Positions 1 to 10,257 of a stretch of DNA of 64,000 nt are shown here, in pieces. The notes under the pieces were generated by a model, which was not told the origin of the DNA, made no database searches, and was given only the letters and a program-made list of their open reading frames with translations. The stretch lies in the NCBI GenBank assembly GCA_040753015.1, contig JBFMHM010000006.1:20467-84466 (forward strand), given 5' to 3'. The translations under genes and the position numbers were made by a program. The stretch is from Candidatus Omnitrophota bacterium (GTDB lineage Bacteria > Omnitrophota > Gorgyraeia > Gygaellales > JBFMHM01). Positions within the stretch are counted from its first letter, which is position 1. Every line of letters begins with the position of its first letter.

Positions 1-528
1 GAAGAAAGGCACGAATTTGAATTAATTAATTTAATTGATGAAGAACGGCTTAAATATGTAAGTTCAGTTGTTCTTGGGTTAAATGATGCTTTGGTCGAGT
101 TAAGCGGTGCTCTTGTTGGTTTTACCTTAGCACTTCAAAATACTAGGCTTGTTGCAATTGTTGGGTTAATTACAGGTATTGCAGCAAGCCTTTCAATGGC
201 AGCATCAGAATATCTTTCTATAAAACACCAAGATGATACACAGAAAAACCCCTTTAAAGCTAGTATTTATACAGGTCTTGCTTATATTTTTACTGTCATA
301 CTTTTAATCTCGCCATATCTAATTTTTAAGAATATATTCCTATGCTTGAGTTTTGTTCTTCTATTTGTTCTTCTGATAATAACGGTATTTACATTTTATA
401 CTGCAGTTGCAAAAAACCTTGATTTCAAAAAAAGATTTATAGAGATGGCTAGGCTTAGTTTAAGTATCGCTATAATTAATTTCTTGATTGGCATTATTAT
501 AAGAAAAACTTTTGGAATTGATATATGA
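1..528 (+). CDS. VIT1/CCC1 family iron transporter (5' truncated by window; probably N-terminal ferritin/rubrerythrin-like domain)
   Basis: Frame is open from base 1: EERHEFELINLIDEERLKYVSSVVLGLNDALVE..., with VIT1 motifs GLNDAL and SMAASEYLS and several TM helices. Confidence 0.85.
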   Translation, partial: EERHEFELINLIDEERLKYVSSVVLGLNDALVELSGALVGFTLALQNTRLVAIVGLITGIAASLSMAASEYLSIKHQDDTQKNPFKASIYTGLAYIFTVILLISPYLIFKNIFLCLSFVLLFVLLIITVFTFYTAVAKNLDFKKRFIEMARLSLSIAIINFLIGIIIRKTFGIDI

Positions 529-1388
529 GAATGGCTATTATGCGAAATATAAAATTTAAAGGTAGTCTTTTAACATTGGCCGGCAGGCCGCTTAGAGAAA
601 ATATAAAAGCCTCAGACTTTAGAGTTATTAATACAGAATTAGCAGAAGTTCATTTATCCGATTATGGGAATAAAATAAAAATTATAACTTCTTTTCCATC
701 TTTAGATACGCCTGTATGTGATTTACAGTTAAAAGAATTTAATAAACAGGCAACCCATCTTTCAAGCGATATAATAATTTTAGGGATAAGCAAAGATTTG
801 CCATTCGCACAGAAAAGATTTTGTGATGCAAACCAGATAAAAAATGTTTTGGTATTATCAGATTATAGATTTTCTTCTTTTGGCATCAATTACGGACTTC
901 TTATAAAAGAATTAAATTTACTTGCGCGTTCAGTTATAATTTTAGACAAAAATAATTTTATAAGGTATTATGAAATTGTTGAGGAGTTAACCACGCAGCC
1001 AAATTATAATCAGGCACTCCTTAAAATAGAGGAAGTTATAAAAATCCCAGCTTTATATATAAAGGAAGAATTATCTAACCATTGCCGGCCATGTGAGGTT
1101 GGCGGTAAGCCATTAGAAAGCCAGGAAATTGCTAAATTATTAGTAAACCATAAAGATTGGCAATTAGTTGAGGGAAGAAAAATTACGAGAGAATTTAAAT
1201 TTAAAGATTTCATTGAAGCAAAATATTTCTTAGATTTAGTTTCTGTAGTTAGCCAAGAGCAAGGGCACCATCCAGCGATTACTATTATTTATAATAAATT
1301 GAAAATCACGCTTACTACACATGCTCTAGGCGGGTTGTCGGAAAACGATTTTATAATGGCAAAAATTATCGATGAGCTTGAAGGTTAA
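525..1388 (+). CDS. tpx: Thiol peroxidase (Tpx) fused to pterin-4a-carbinolamine dehydratase domain
   Basis: PSLDTPVC, ISKDLPFAQKRFC in the N-terminal part; FKFKDF...QGHHP...TTHALGGLSENDFIMAKIID PCD signature at the C-terminus; start may be 540. Confidence 0.88.
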   Translation: MRMAIMRNIKFKGSLLTLAGRPLRENIKASDFRVINTELAEVHLSDYGNKIKIITSFPSLDTPVCDLQLKEFNKQATHLSSDIIILGISKDLPFAQKRFCDANQIKNVLVLSDYRFSSFGINYGLLIKELNLLARSVIILDKNNFIRYYEIVEELTTQPNYNQALLKIEEVIKIPALYIKEELSNHCRPCEVGGKPLESQEIAKLLVNHKDWQLVEGRKITREFKFKDFIEAKYFLDLVSVVSQEQGHHPAITIIYNKLKITLTTHALGGLSENDFIMAKIIDELEG

Positions 1389-1390
1389 GT

Positions 1391-1894
1391 ATGAAAATAG
1401 CGATCTTAGTTGAAGATTATTATCAAGTTTTAGAAGTTTGGTATCCTTATTTACGCTTAAAAGAGTCTGGCATTGATGCTATTTTTGTTGGTACAGGTAA
1501 GAGAGAATATAAAAGCAAAGAGGGCTATCTAGTTGAGGCAGAAGTATCGATAAAAAATATAAAAAGTGATGATTTTAACGGTGTAATTATACCAGGTGGA
1601 TATGCGCCGGATATTTTAAGAAGGTACAAAGAAGTTACTGATTTTATCAGGGAAATTTTCAATAAAAAAAAGTTAGTTGCATCAATTTGCCATGGCGGCT
1701 GGGTGCTTGTCTCGGCAGGTATCCTCAAAGGCAAGAAAGCGACTTCATTCATTGCAATAAAAGATGACATTGTTAACGCCGGCGCAAATTTTCTAGACAA
1801 AGAAGTAGTAGTTGACGGTAACCTTATAACTTCTCGCAATCCCTATGATTTGCCCGCATTTTGCCGTGAAATTATAAAATTATTACAAGGCTAA
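1391..1894 (+). CDS. PfpI/DJ-1 family type 1 glutamine amidotransferase-like protein
   Basis: IPGGYAPD, ASICHG, VVVDGNLITSR motifs. Confidence 0.92.
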   Translation: MKIAILVEDYYQVLEVWYPYLRLKESGIDAIFVGTGKREYKSKEGYLVEAEVSIKNIKSDDFNGVIIPGGYAPDILRRYKEVTDFIREIFNKKKLVASICHGGWVLVSAGILKGKKATSFIAIKDDIVNAGANFLDKEVVVDGNLITSRNPYDLPAFCREIIKLLQG

Positions 1895-1956
1895 TTTTAA
1901 ATTAATATGGCGTCAGCCAAAAATATAAACGGGGTTATCAATAAAAGGAGCATGCC

Positions 1957-2133
1957 GTGGGGCCAATCGAAGCATTGAATTTAGCTTTAGACAAAGAAAT
2001 AAAATCAATAGAGATGTACGAGGAGCTTTCTAAGGAAGCGAAACTTGCAAAAGATATATTTCAATTTTTAATTGGAGAAGAACAAAAACATAAACGCCTA
2101 ATCGAGCAAAAGATACAAGAGTTGAGCAGATAG
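1957..2133 (+). CDS. Small half-ferritin/rubrerythrin-like protein (58 aa, not in ORF track)
   Basis: AAGGAG RBS, GTG start; MGPIEALNLALDKEIKSIEMYEELSKEAKLAKDIFQFLIGEEQKHKRLIEQKIQELSR with E...Y...EExxH diiron helix-pair pattern. Confidence 0.75.
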   Translation: MGPIEALNLALDKEIKSIEMYEELSKEAKLAKDIFQFLIGEEQKHKRLIEQKIQELSR

Positions 2134-3009
2134 ATGACAGTAATTCATCATCGGAATATAAATAAAATTTCACGCCTTAAGCTAGCTTTATTTTTAACTG
2201 CAGGCGGTATGGTTTTAGAGTTTGTCGGAGGTTTTATTTCTAACAGCCTTGCTTTGACGTCAGATGCTTGGCATATGCTTACACATTTATTTGCCCTTTC
2301 GATGACTTATTTTGCAATTATTCTTTCTTCTAGGTCGGCTACTAAAAAACATACTTATGGTTTTTATCGCACAGAGATATTGGTAGCATTCATAAATGGA
2401 ATTGTATTGATATTTATTGCAGGGTATCTTGTGTATGAATCGGTATTAAGATTTTTATCTCCGCAGGATATTAAAATAAGCGAAATGCTTTTGATAGCAG
2501 GTATTGGCTTAGTAATAAATGGTATAACTACTGTTTTCTTATTCCAAGCAGGATCGCATGATTTAAATATTCGAAGTGCTATTTTGCATGAAATAGGGGA
2601 TCTTGTATCAAGCATTGCCATTGTTATTGCTAGTCTAATAATCCTATTCACTAAGAATTATATCTTTGATCCGATATTAGCTATTTTTATTTCTATTCTT
2701 ATAGTTATCTGGGCAATAAAATTAATCGTAGATTCAGCAGGTATCCTTTTGGAATTTACTCCTAAGCATCTAGACATTGATGAGGTAATAGCTGTACTCA
2801 AAAATGAAATAAAAGGTATCTATGAAGTTCACCATGTTCATGCCTGGACGATTGCAAGCGGCATATATGCATTTACAGCACATATTGTGATTGATGATTG
2901 TCATATAAGTAAAGCAAATGAAGTATTGCACGAAGTAAATAGATTAGTAAAAGAACGTTTTCATATCGGACATACAAATATTCAGTTCGAATGCTTAGTG
3001 AAAAAATAA
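2134..3009 (+). CDS. Cation diffusion facilitator (CzcD/ZitB-type) transporter
   Basis: SNSLALTSDAWHM, TYGFYRTE, VHHVHAW, HTNIQFE motifs. Confidence 0.92.
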   Translation: MTVIHHRNINKISRLKLALFLTAGGMVLEFVGGFISNSLALTSDAWHMLTHLFALSMTYFAIILSSRSATKKHTYGFYRTEILVAFINGIVLIFIAGYLVYESVLRFLSPQDIKISEMLLIAGIGLVINGITTVFLFQAGSHDLNIRSAILHEIGDLVSSIAIVIASLIILFTKNYIFDPILAIFISILIVIWAIKLIVDSAGILLEFTPKHLDIDEVIAVLKNEIKGIYEVHHVHAWTIASGIYAFTAHIVIDDCHISKANEVLHEVNRLVKERFHIGHTNIQFECLVKK

Positions 3010-3662
3010 GAATTTTATCTCGGAGTTTCGAAAGTTTTAGGGATCGTATTGAAGCAGGAGAGTTTTTGGTCAATGAGCTAAAAGAATATAAAAATAAAGA
3101 TATAGTTGTAGTGGGAATACCTAGAGGTGGCGTTGTTATTGCAGCTAGTATTGCTAAAAATTTACAATGTGATTTTGATATAGTTATTGTACGTAAAATT
3201 GGCTATCCATCTAATCCAGAATTTGCCATAGGCGCAATTTCAGAAGATGGCAGTGTATTTATTAACCGGGATTTAAGTTTTGAATTAGACGGCCAGAAAA
3301 CCTACATCGAAAATGAAACAAAAAAACAACTGGATATAGTCAAGGAACGCGTTGAGATATTTAGAAAAATAAGGCCAAAGGTAGGCTTAAAGGATAAAAT
3401 AGTAATAGTAACTGATGACGGTATTGCTACAGGTTCAACAATGCAATCTGCGCTTTGGATGATAAGAAAAGAATTACCAAAAAAAATCGTTGTTGCTATA
3501 CCAGTAGCATCTAATGAATCACTAGTTAGAATAAAAGATGATGCAGACGAAATAATCTGCCTGCGGATGCCAGAATTTTTTGCGGCCGTAGGGCAGTTTT
3601 ACCGTAATTTTAATCAGGTTGAAGATAATGATGTGGCGAATCTTTTAAGGGAGGCAATATGA
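2991..3662 (+). CDS. Phosphoribosyltransferase family protein
   Basis: FRDRIEAG, GIPRGGV, VTDDGIATGSTM PRPP loop, AVGQFY. Confidence 0.9.
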   Translation: MLSEKIRILSRSFESFRDRIEAGEFLVNELKEYKNKDIVVVGIPRGGVVIAASIAKNLQCDFDIVIVRKIGYPSNPEFAIGAISEDGSVFINRDLSFELDGQKTYIENETKKQLDIVKERVEIFRKIRPKVGLKDKIVIVTDDGIATGSTMQSALWMIRKELPKKIVVAIPVASNESLVRIKDDADEIICLRMPEFFAAVGQFYRNFNQVEDNDVANLLREAI

Positions 3663-4090
3663 AATTAACTAGCCCGGAATTTAAGCATACTACAATTATT
3701 CCCGAGAAATTTACTTGCCAGGGATGTGATATTAATCCACCACTTATTATTGAGGATATTCCAAAAGAAGCTAAATCTCTAGCCTTAATCGTAGAAGACC
3801 CTGATGCACCATCTGGTTTATGGATACATTGGGTAGTCTATAATATTCCAGTTGTTTCAGAGATCAAAGAAAATAGCGTTCCTGGGGTAGAAGGTTTAAA
3901 TACTATAAGAGAAAAGAAATATCATGGCCCTTGCCCGCCATCCGGTACACACAGATATTTTTTTAAAATTTATGCATTAGATACAAAATTAGAATTTGAT
4001 TTGCCACCAGATAAACAGTTGCTAGAGAAAGCAATGCATGGCCATATTTTAGATAAAGCAGAACTGGTTGGATTATATAAGAAAAAATGA
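3659..4090 (+). CDS. YbhB/YbcL family (PEBP/Raf kinase inhibitor-like) protein
   Basis: EDPDAP, HWVVYNIP, GPCPPSGTHRYFF motifs. Confidence 0.93.
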   Translation: MKLTSPEFKHTTIIPEKFTCQGCDINPPLIIEDIPKEAKSLALIVEDPDAPSGLWIHWVVYNIPVVSEIKENSVPGVEGLNTIREKKYHGPCPPSGTHRYFFKIYALDTKLEFDLPPDKQLLEKAMHGHILDKAELVGLYKKK

Positions 4091-5097
4091 AAAAAGAAGC
4101 AATGCTATATGAAAAGCTTGATAATAAATTTGTGCATTGTTTTTTGTGTAACCACAATTGTAAGATTGCAGATTCTAAATTTGGTATTTGTGGCGTGAGG
4201 CAAAATATAGCAGGTACATTGTATACACTTGTTTACAATGAAGTAATTACAGCAAATATTGATCCTATTGAAAAAAAACCTTTATATCATTTTTTACCGG
4301 GATCACAATCTTATTCAATTGCAACTATCGGGTGTAATTTTAGATGCGGCTTTTGCCAGAATTGGCAGATTTCGCAAATGTCAAAAAGGCAAAATCAAGA
4401 ATTTAGCAGCATGAGAATGTCGCCTGAGACTGTAGTTGAGCAGGCAAGGCTGGATAATTGCGCAAGTATTTCTTATACATATACCGAACCGACAATTTTT
4501 TTTGAATATGCATATGATTCAGCAATTCTTGCAAAAAAACATGGGCTAAAAAATATTTTTGTTACAAATGGTTTTATGACAAAAAAAGCAATTGATACAA
4601 TTAAGCCATATTTAGATGCGGCAAACGTGGATATTAAAAGCTTCAATGAAAATTTTTATAAAAATATTTGTAAAGCAAGTCTGCTGCCTGTATTAGATTC
4701 AGTTAAATATATGAAACAATGCGGAATTTGGGTTGAAATAACTACGCTTGTAGTGCCAGGTGAAAATGATTCTGATGAGGAGCTTAACAATCTAGCTGAT
4801 TTTATCGCTAGTGTTGATAAAGATATGCCTTGGCATATTTCTCGGTTCCATCCGGATTATAAGTTTACTAATTATAATTCTACGCCGCCAGAAACATTAA
4901 GAAGAGCAAGGGACATCGGAAAATCAAAAGGGCTGAGGTTTATTTATTTAGGTAATATCCTAAAAGGAAATGATACAAGCTGTTATAATTGTAATAGACT
5001 TTTAGTCAAAAGAGATCTCTATAATATTAAAGAGCTTAATTTACAAAATGGTAGTTGTTCTTATTGTGGGGTAAAAATCAAAGGAATTTGGAAATAA
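4087..5097 (+). CDS. amrS: AmmeMemoRadiSam system radical SAM enzyme
   Basis: IDPIEKKPLYHF, CNFRCGFCQNW CxxxCxxC, YTYTEP, HISRFHP. Confidence 0.9.
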   Translation: MKKEAMLYEKLDNKFVHCFLCNHNCKIADSKFGICGVRQNIAGTLYTLVYNEVITANIDPIEKKPLYHFLPGSQSYSIATIGCNFRCGFCQNWQISQMSKRQNQEFSSMRMSPETVVEQARLDNCASISYTYTEPTIFFEYAYDSAILAKKHGLKNIFVTNGFMTKKAIDTIKPYLDAANVDIKSFNENFYKNICKASLLPVLDSVKYMKQCGIWVEITTLVVPGENDSDEELNNLADFIASVDKDMPWHISRFHPDYKFTNYNSTPPETLRRARDIGKSKGLRFIYLGNILKGNDTSCYNCNRLLVKRDLYNIKELNLQNGSCSYCGVKIKGIWK

Positions 5098-6053
5098 TGC
5101 AACAGTTCAATTTGATATGTAAAAAAATTTTAGATGCAAAATCAATAGTTATAGCTGGTCATATTAATCCAGATGCTGATTCAATTGGCTGTCTTTTAGC
5201 ACTAGGGATTGGTCTAGAAAAACTTGGTAAAAATGTTTATATGTTGATACAAGAACGTATACCAACTAGATTTATTTCTTTACCGGGGATACACAGGCTT
5301 GTCAGGCAGGTTAAAATAAAACCAGATCTAGCAATTGCCGTTGATTGCAGTAATAGGGAGATATTAGGGAGAGCTTTTAGAATATTCAAAAAATCTAAAG
5401 ATATATTAGAGATAGACCACCATGAGTTTAGGCGTGGTTTCGGGAATATAAAGCTTATTGATAAAGACGCTGCTGCAGTCGGCGAATTAATTTATACCCT
5501 TTTGATAAAATTGGATGTTGAGATAGATAAGAATATCGCACAAAATATCCTTACTTCAATAATAGTTGAAACTAATTCATTTAGATTGCCGGGTGTTCGA
5601 GTCGAAACCTTTGAAATTTGTGCAGAGCTTTTGAAGCGGGGGGTTAATTTCTATAAATTAGTGGATACAGTTTTTTGGTCACAGACAAGGCAGGCTTCAA
5701 TTCTTTCAGGGATTTGTCTGGCGAGATGCAAGTTTATGTATGGCGGAAAGCTTGCATGGACTATAATCAAAAATGAAGACCTAAAACGTTTAAAAGGGAG
5801 AAAAGAAGATGTAGATGGCGTAGCAGATCAAATCCGTGCAATAAAAGGTGTTGAGATTGTGATTTTTTTTAGAGAAGTTAATAATAAAATATTAAGGGTT
5901 AGTTTAAGATCAAAAAGTAAAATTAATATCGCTTCAGTCGCAGAAAGTTTTAATGGCGGGGGCCATTTTGATGTCGCTGGTTGTCATATTCCGAATACCA
6001 GCGAAGCTATGAAAACACTTATTGATAGAGCAAGAAAATTATTGAGATGGTAA
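5097..6053 (+). CDS. DHH family phosphoesterase (NrnA-like oligoribonuclease/PAP phosphatase)
   Basis: HINPDAD, IDHH, SLRS, GGGH motifs; ATG overlaps previous TAA. Confidence 0.88.
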   Translation: MQQFNLICKKILDAKSIVIAGHINPDADSIGCLLALGIGLEKLGKNVYMLIQERIPTRFISLPGIHRLVRQVKIKPDLAIAVDCSNREILGRAFRIFKKSKDILEIDHHEFRRGFGNIKLIDKDAAAVGELIYTLLIKLDVEIDKNIAQNILTSIIVETNSFRLPGVRVETFEICAELLKRGVNFYKLVDTVFWSQTRQASILSGICLARCKFMYGGKLAWTIIKNEDLKRLKGRKEDVDGVADQIRAIKGVEIVIFFREVNNKILRVSLRSKSKINIASVAESFNGGGHFDVAGCHIPNTSEAMKTLIDRARKLLRW

Positions 6054-6751
6054 AATTAGATTTAGAGATAAAAGAGATTATCCAGCGTAATTATAATGTA
6101 AAAAGCTTTCGGCTTGATATAAAACAAGAAGTTGATTTTAAGGCAGGCCAGCTTCTTTCTGCATCTTTAAAGATGGATAAAGAATGCAAACGATATTTTT
6201 CTATTTCAAGTTCGCCCACAGAAAAATGCTTTATTGAATTTACGAAAAAAATAACAGATAGTAATTTTTCTAAAGAACTAAATATCCTAAAGTTAGGTGA
6301 TATAATAAGGGTAGAATATCCTTTTGGAAAGTTTACCCTAGAAGATAACCCAGCCCAAAAAGTAGCATTTATTTCCGGCGGCATTGGGATTACGCCGATT
6401 AGAAGTATTATTAAATACGCAGTTGATAAAAATTTAGATATAGATATAGCGCTTATCTATGCAAATCGCTCAATTAGGGATGTTATTTTCAAAGAAGATT
6501 TTGATTATATGCAAAAAAAATTCAGGAGTTTAAAAGTGAGCCATGTATTATGTGAACCAACTCAAGATTTCAAGTGTAGTATTGGTTTAGTTAATGAGAC
6601 TATAATTAAAAATGAGATTTCTGATTATTTAGAGCGTAAATTTTTTCTTTGCGGCCCGCCGCAGATGGTTAGCGCAATGAAGAAAATATTAGCTGAAAAA
6701 TTAAATATTACACAAGAAAATATTGTTACAGAAAATTTTGTTGGTTATTGA
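6047..6751 (+). CDS. FAD/NAD(P)H-binding oxidoreductase (ferredoxin-NADP reductase family)
   Basis: RYFSISSSP, SGGIGITP, LCGPPQMV, C-terminal ENF. Confidence 0.88.
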   Translation: MVKLDLEIKEIIQRNYNVKSFRLDIKQEVDFKAGQLLSASLKMDKECKRYFSISSSPTEKCFIEFTKKITDSNFSKELNILKLGDIIRVEYPFGKFTLEDNPAQKVAFISGGIGITPIRSIIKYAVDKNLDIDIALIYANRSIRDVIFKEDFDYMQKKFRSLKVSHVLCEPTQDFKCSIGLVNETIIKNEISDYLERKFFLCGPPQMVSAMKKILAEKLNITQENIVTENFVGY

Positions 6752-6763
6752 TGGAGGTTTGAT

Positions 6764-7951
6764 ATGGCAGCTAGGGAAGTATTAGAGGGTATTTATTCCG
6801 TAGGAGTAGTTGATTGGAATACGCGTAATTTTCATGGGCATACTTATACAACAAAGCGAGGCACAACTTATAATGCCTATCTTATTATTGATGATAAAAT
6901 TACGTTGGTTGATACTGTGCTGGGGGCATTCTCTAATGAATTAATCGCAAATATCAGAGAAGTTATTCCTATAGAGAAAATTGATTACATTATTGCAAAT
7001 CATGTTGAGACAGATCATTCTGGCGCTCTGCCGGAATTAATAAAACTTTGCCCAAAGGCAAAAATTTTCGGTACACAGAAATGTAAAGAGGGGTTGGAGA
7101 AAAACTACTATCTTAATTTAGATTTTAATATTGTTAAGACTAATGATAAACTTAATTTAGGCAAGAAAAACTTGATTTTCATTGAAGCTCCTATGATTCA
7201 TTGGCCAGATAGTATGTTTACTTATTGTCCGGAGGAGCAATTGCTTATGCCGAATGATGCCTTCGGCCAGCATTATGCAACAAGCGAACGATTTGATGAT
7301 GAAGTTAGTGATTGTGAGCTTATGGATGAGGCGGCAAAGTATTTTGGTAATATCCTTTGGCCGCTTAGCTCGATTATTATAAATAAAATCGTTGAGATTA
7401 AGAACTTAAATATCCCAATAAAAATGATTGCGCCAAGCCATGGAATTATCTGGCGGAAAGACCCGATGAAGATAATTAATTCATATATTAACTGGGCAAA
7501 AAATACAACCTCTCGTAAAGTTGTAGTTATTTATGAGACGATGTGGGGTGCTACTGAAAAAATGGCAAGAAAGATTGTTGAAAGTTTGGCCAATGCAGGC
7601 CTAACAACAAAACTTTTTGATATAGCAATATCCGATCGTACTGAAGTAATTAAAGAGATGCTTGATGCTAGAGGATTTATTTTTGGTTCATCCACGCACG
7701 ATAATGATATGTTGAGTAATATTGCAGGATTTATGGAATTTTTAAAAGGTTTAAAGCCAAAAAACAGGATAGCTTCTTGTTTTGGTTCATATGGCTGGGC
7801 AGGAGGAGCAGTCAGCTCATTAGAAAAGATTATTAAAGAAGCTGGTATTGAAATACTGCAGCCGTCTTTAGCGATTAAATATATGCCAGATAAAGACGAA
7901 ATTAATAGATGTTATGAATTTGGCAAAGAATTCGCGAAGAAGATAATATAG
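6764..7951 (+). CDS. fprA: Flavodiiron protein (FprA/A-type flavoprotein)
   Basis: GTTYNAY, NHVETDHSG, HWPDSM, DAFGQH, APSHG; flavodoxin domain with FGSYGW. Confidence 0.93.
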   Translation: MAAREVLEGIYSVGVVDWNTRNFHGHTYTTKRGTTYNAYLIIDDKITLVDTVLGAFSNELIANIREVIPIEKIDYIIANHVETDHSGALPELIKLCPKAKIFGTQKCKEGLEKNYYLNLDFNIVKTNDKLNLGKKNLIFIEAPMIHWPDSMFTYCPEEQLLMPNDAFGQHYATSERFDDEVSDCELMDEAAKYFGNILWPLSSIIINKIVEIKNLNIPIKMIAPSHGIIWRKDPMKIINSYINWAKNTTSRKVVVIYETMWGATEKMARKIVESLANAGLTTKLFDIAISDRTEVIKEMLDARGFIFGSSTHDNDMLSNIAGFMEFLKGLKPKNRIASCFGSYGWAGGAVSSLEKIIKEAGIEILQPSLAIKYMPDKDEINRCYEFGKEFAKKII

Positions 7952-7972
7952 GTAAGAAAGGAGGTATGATAA

Positions 7973-8131
7973 ATGGGAAAATATCGTTGTACAGTATGCG
8001 GTTACATATATGATCCGGCAGTAGGTGACTCTAGTCAGGGTATAAAATCTGGGACATCATTCGAAAGTCTACCAGATACATGGGTATGCCCTGAATGCGG
8101 CGTAGGGAAAGATATGTTTGAGAGGGTATAA
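7973..8131 (+). CDS. Rubredoxin (52 aa, not in ORF track)
   Basis: AGGAGG RBS; [52 protein letters not shown]. Confidence 0.96.
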   Translation: MGKYRCTVCGYIYDPAVGDSSQGIKSGTSFESLPDTWVCPECGVGKDMFERV

Positions 8132-8154
8132 AAAACAAAAAAAGGAGGTTACAA

Positions 8155-8631
8155 ATGGGTAAGCAAGGGACAAAGATAGCTGCGCTTGATGTAAAAGATT
8201 TACTGAAAGATTTAAATAAGGCTTATTGTGATGAATGGCTTGCTTATTATTCTTATTGGTATATGGCAAGGGTTGCAACCGGAATGGGATATGAAGATAT
8301 AGGTGAGTTTCTTTCGGATACCGCAAAGGATGAATTAGAGCATGCTGGGGAGGTTGCCGATAGAATATTAGAATTAGGGGGAATGCCAATATCTAATCCT
8401 ATGGAGATTGAAAAAAATGCCAATGCTTCTTATCCAAAGCCGCCTAAGGGTACTTCTGATTATAATAGTATAATTAAAACTGTAACTGATGCAGAGGCTA
8501 CAGCAATAGATGTTTACAATAAGATTGCAGCAAAAACTTTAGGCAAAGACCATGTGACCTATCAACTTATCTGTCATATTTTGTCTGAAGAGGTAGGCCA
8601 TGAGGAGAAGTTTGAAGATTTATTAGAATGA
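8155..8631 (+). CDS. DpsL/bacterioferritin-like ferritin superfamily protein
   Basis: DEWLAYYSYW, DELEHA..ADRILELGG, KDHVTY, EEVGHE diiron motifs. Confidence 0.85.
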   Translation: MGKQGTKIAALDVKDLLKDLNKAYCDEWLAYYSYWYMARVATGMGYEDIGEFLSDTAKDELEHAGEVADRILELGGMPISNPMEIEKNANASYPKPPKGTSDYNSIIKTVTDAEATAIDVYNKIAAKTLGKDHVTYQLICHILSEEVGHEEKFEDLLE

Positions 8632-9098
8632 AATTATCACAGGAGCTAATAACCTTTTTTAAAAATCAGGGTTTTGTAGTTGTTTCAACTATTGATGCTT
8701 TTGGCATGCCTCATAATTCCTGTAAAGGTATAGTTGAGATAGACAAAAAGAATGGTCTTTTTTACCTACTCGATGTCTACAAAGAAAATACATATAATAA
8801 CTTAACACAAAATCATAATATAGCTGTAACTGCTATCGATGAACATAGATTTACAGGATATTCTATTAAAGGGAAGGCAAAGGTTGTAAAAACAGAATAT
8901 GTCCCGCATTTTTTGACAATGTGGGAAGATAGGATAAACCAACGTATTGCTAGAAGATTTATAAGGAATATCCGTGGAGAAAAAGGACATAAAGGGCATC
9001 CTGAAGCGCGCCTGCCGAAACCAGAATACCTGATTGTTTTTAAAGCAAAAGATGTTATAGATCTTACGCCCTACCACCTAAAGGAGAAGTTGAAATGA
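8628..9098 (+). CDS. Pyridoxamine 5'-phosphate oxidase-like FMN-binding split-barrel protein
   Basis: VVSTIDAFGMPHNS, TYNNLTQN, GYSIKGKA pattern. Confidence 0.75.
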   Translation: MKLSQELITFFKNQGFVVVSTIDAFGMPHNSCKGIVEIDKKNGLFYLLDVYKENTYNNLTQNHNIAVTAIDEHRFTGYSIKGKAKVVKTEYVPHFLTMWEDRINQRIARRFIRNIRGEKGHKGHPEARLPKPEYLIVFKAKDVIDLTPYHLKEKLK

Positions 9099-9328
9099 AA
9101 AAAGTAGCGATATATAGTACGCCCACATGCCCTTATTGTGTAAGAGCAAAACAATTTTTTAAAGAAAATAATATTGAATTCAGCGATTTTGATGTATCTG
9201 TTGATCAGTTAAAAGCACAGGAGATGATTGAAAAATCTGGACAGATGGGCGTACCAGTTATAGATATAGAAGGCGAGATAGTCGTGGGTTTTGATAAAGA
9301 AAGGATAAAAACTATTCTTGGCATATGA
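9095..9328 (+). CDS. Glutaredoxin/NrdH-like redoxin
   Basis: YSTPTCPYC, SGQMGVPVI, VGFD. Confidence 0.93.
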   Translation: MKKVAIYSTPTCPYCVRAKQFFKENNIEFSDFDVSVDQLKAQEMIEKSGQMGVPVIDIEGEIVVGFDKERIKTILGI

Positions 9329-10242
9329 TATATGATTTAATTATTATTGGCGCAGGCCCTGCAGGGATAACTGCAGCGGTTTATGCTGCTAGAAAAAACT
9401 TAAATTTTATTATTGTAACTGGTGATATCGGAGGGCAAACTGCCTGGAGTGGTGATATTGAGAATTATACCGGTTATCAATTTATTACTGGCCCGGAATT
9501 AACAGCAAAGTTTGAAGAGCATATGAGGCAATATAATGTTCAGGTTAAAGAGAATGAACAGGTTATTGATATCGAAAGAATTAATAATAATTTTTTAGTA
9601 AAGACTAATAAAGAAGAATATAGCGCTAAAACAGTTATAGTTGCTTCTGGTAAACGTTCGAAGGAACTTAACATCTTAGGGGAGAAGGAATTCAAAAATC
9701 ACGGCCTGACTTATTGTGCGACATGTGACGCTCCATTATTTAAAGGAAAACGCGTTGCAGTTATTGGCGGAGGAAACTCTGCGCTAGACGCAGTTTTACA
9801 ATTAATAAAGATTGCCAAATATATCCATCTTATTAATATCGAAAAAGATATCACAGGTGATGCAATAATGTATGAAAAAATTAGAGAAAGCAAGATTGTA
9901 ACTGTTTTAAATAATACAAAAGTGATAGAGATAATAGGTGATAAAATGGTTAATGCTATTAAAGTAGAGACACAATTAATCGATTCTTCGCAAGAACAAA
10001 TTTTAGATGTAGAAGGTGTTTTTGTTGAAATTGGACTTATTCCAAATTCAGGTTTTGCTGGTATCCTAGAAAAAAATCAATATAATGAAATAAAAGTTAA
10101 TTGTCATAATGAAACAAACATCCCGGGAATTTTTTCTGCAGGTGATGTTACTGATGTTCCTGAAAAACAGATTATTATTGCTGCTGGTGAAGGTTCAAAG
10201 GCTGCTTTAGGTGCCTTTAGGTATTTATCCACCCATAAATAA
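9325..10242 (+). CDS. Thioredoxin reductase/AhpF-like flavoprotein disulfide reductase
   Basis: GAGPAG, YCATCD redox centre, GGGNSA, AGDVTD. Confidence 0.9.
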   Translation: MIYDLIIIGAGPAGITAAVYAARKNLNFIIVTGDIGGQTAWSGDIENYTGYQFITGPELTAKFEEHMRQYNVQVKENEQVIDIERINNNFLVKTNKEEYSAKTVIVASGKRSKELNILGEKEFKNHGLTYCATCDAPLFKGKRVAVIGGGNSALDAVLQLIKIAKYIHLINIEKDITGDAIMYEKIRESKIVTVLNNTKVIEIIGDKMVNAIKVETQLIDSSQEQILDVEGVFVEIGLIPNSGFAGILEKNQYNEIKVNCHNETNIPGIFSAGDVTDVPEKQIIIAAGEGSKAALGAFRYLSTHK

Positions 10243-10257
10243 TATTAATCCAACCTT

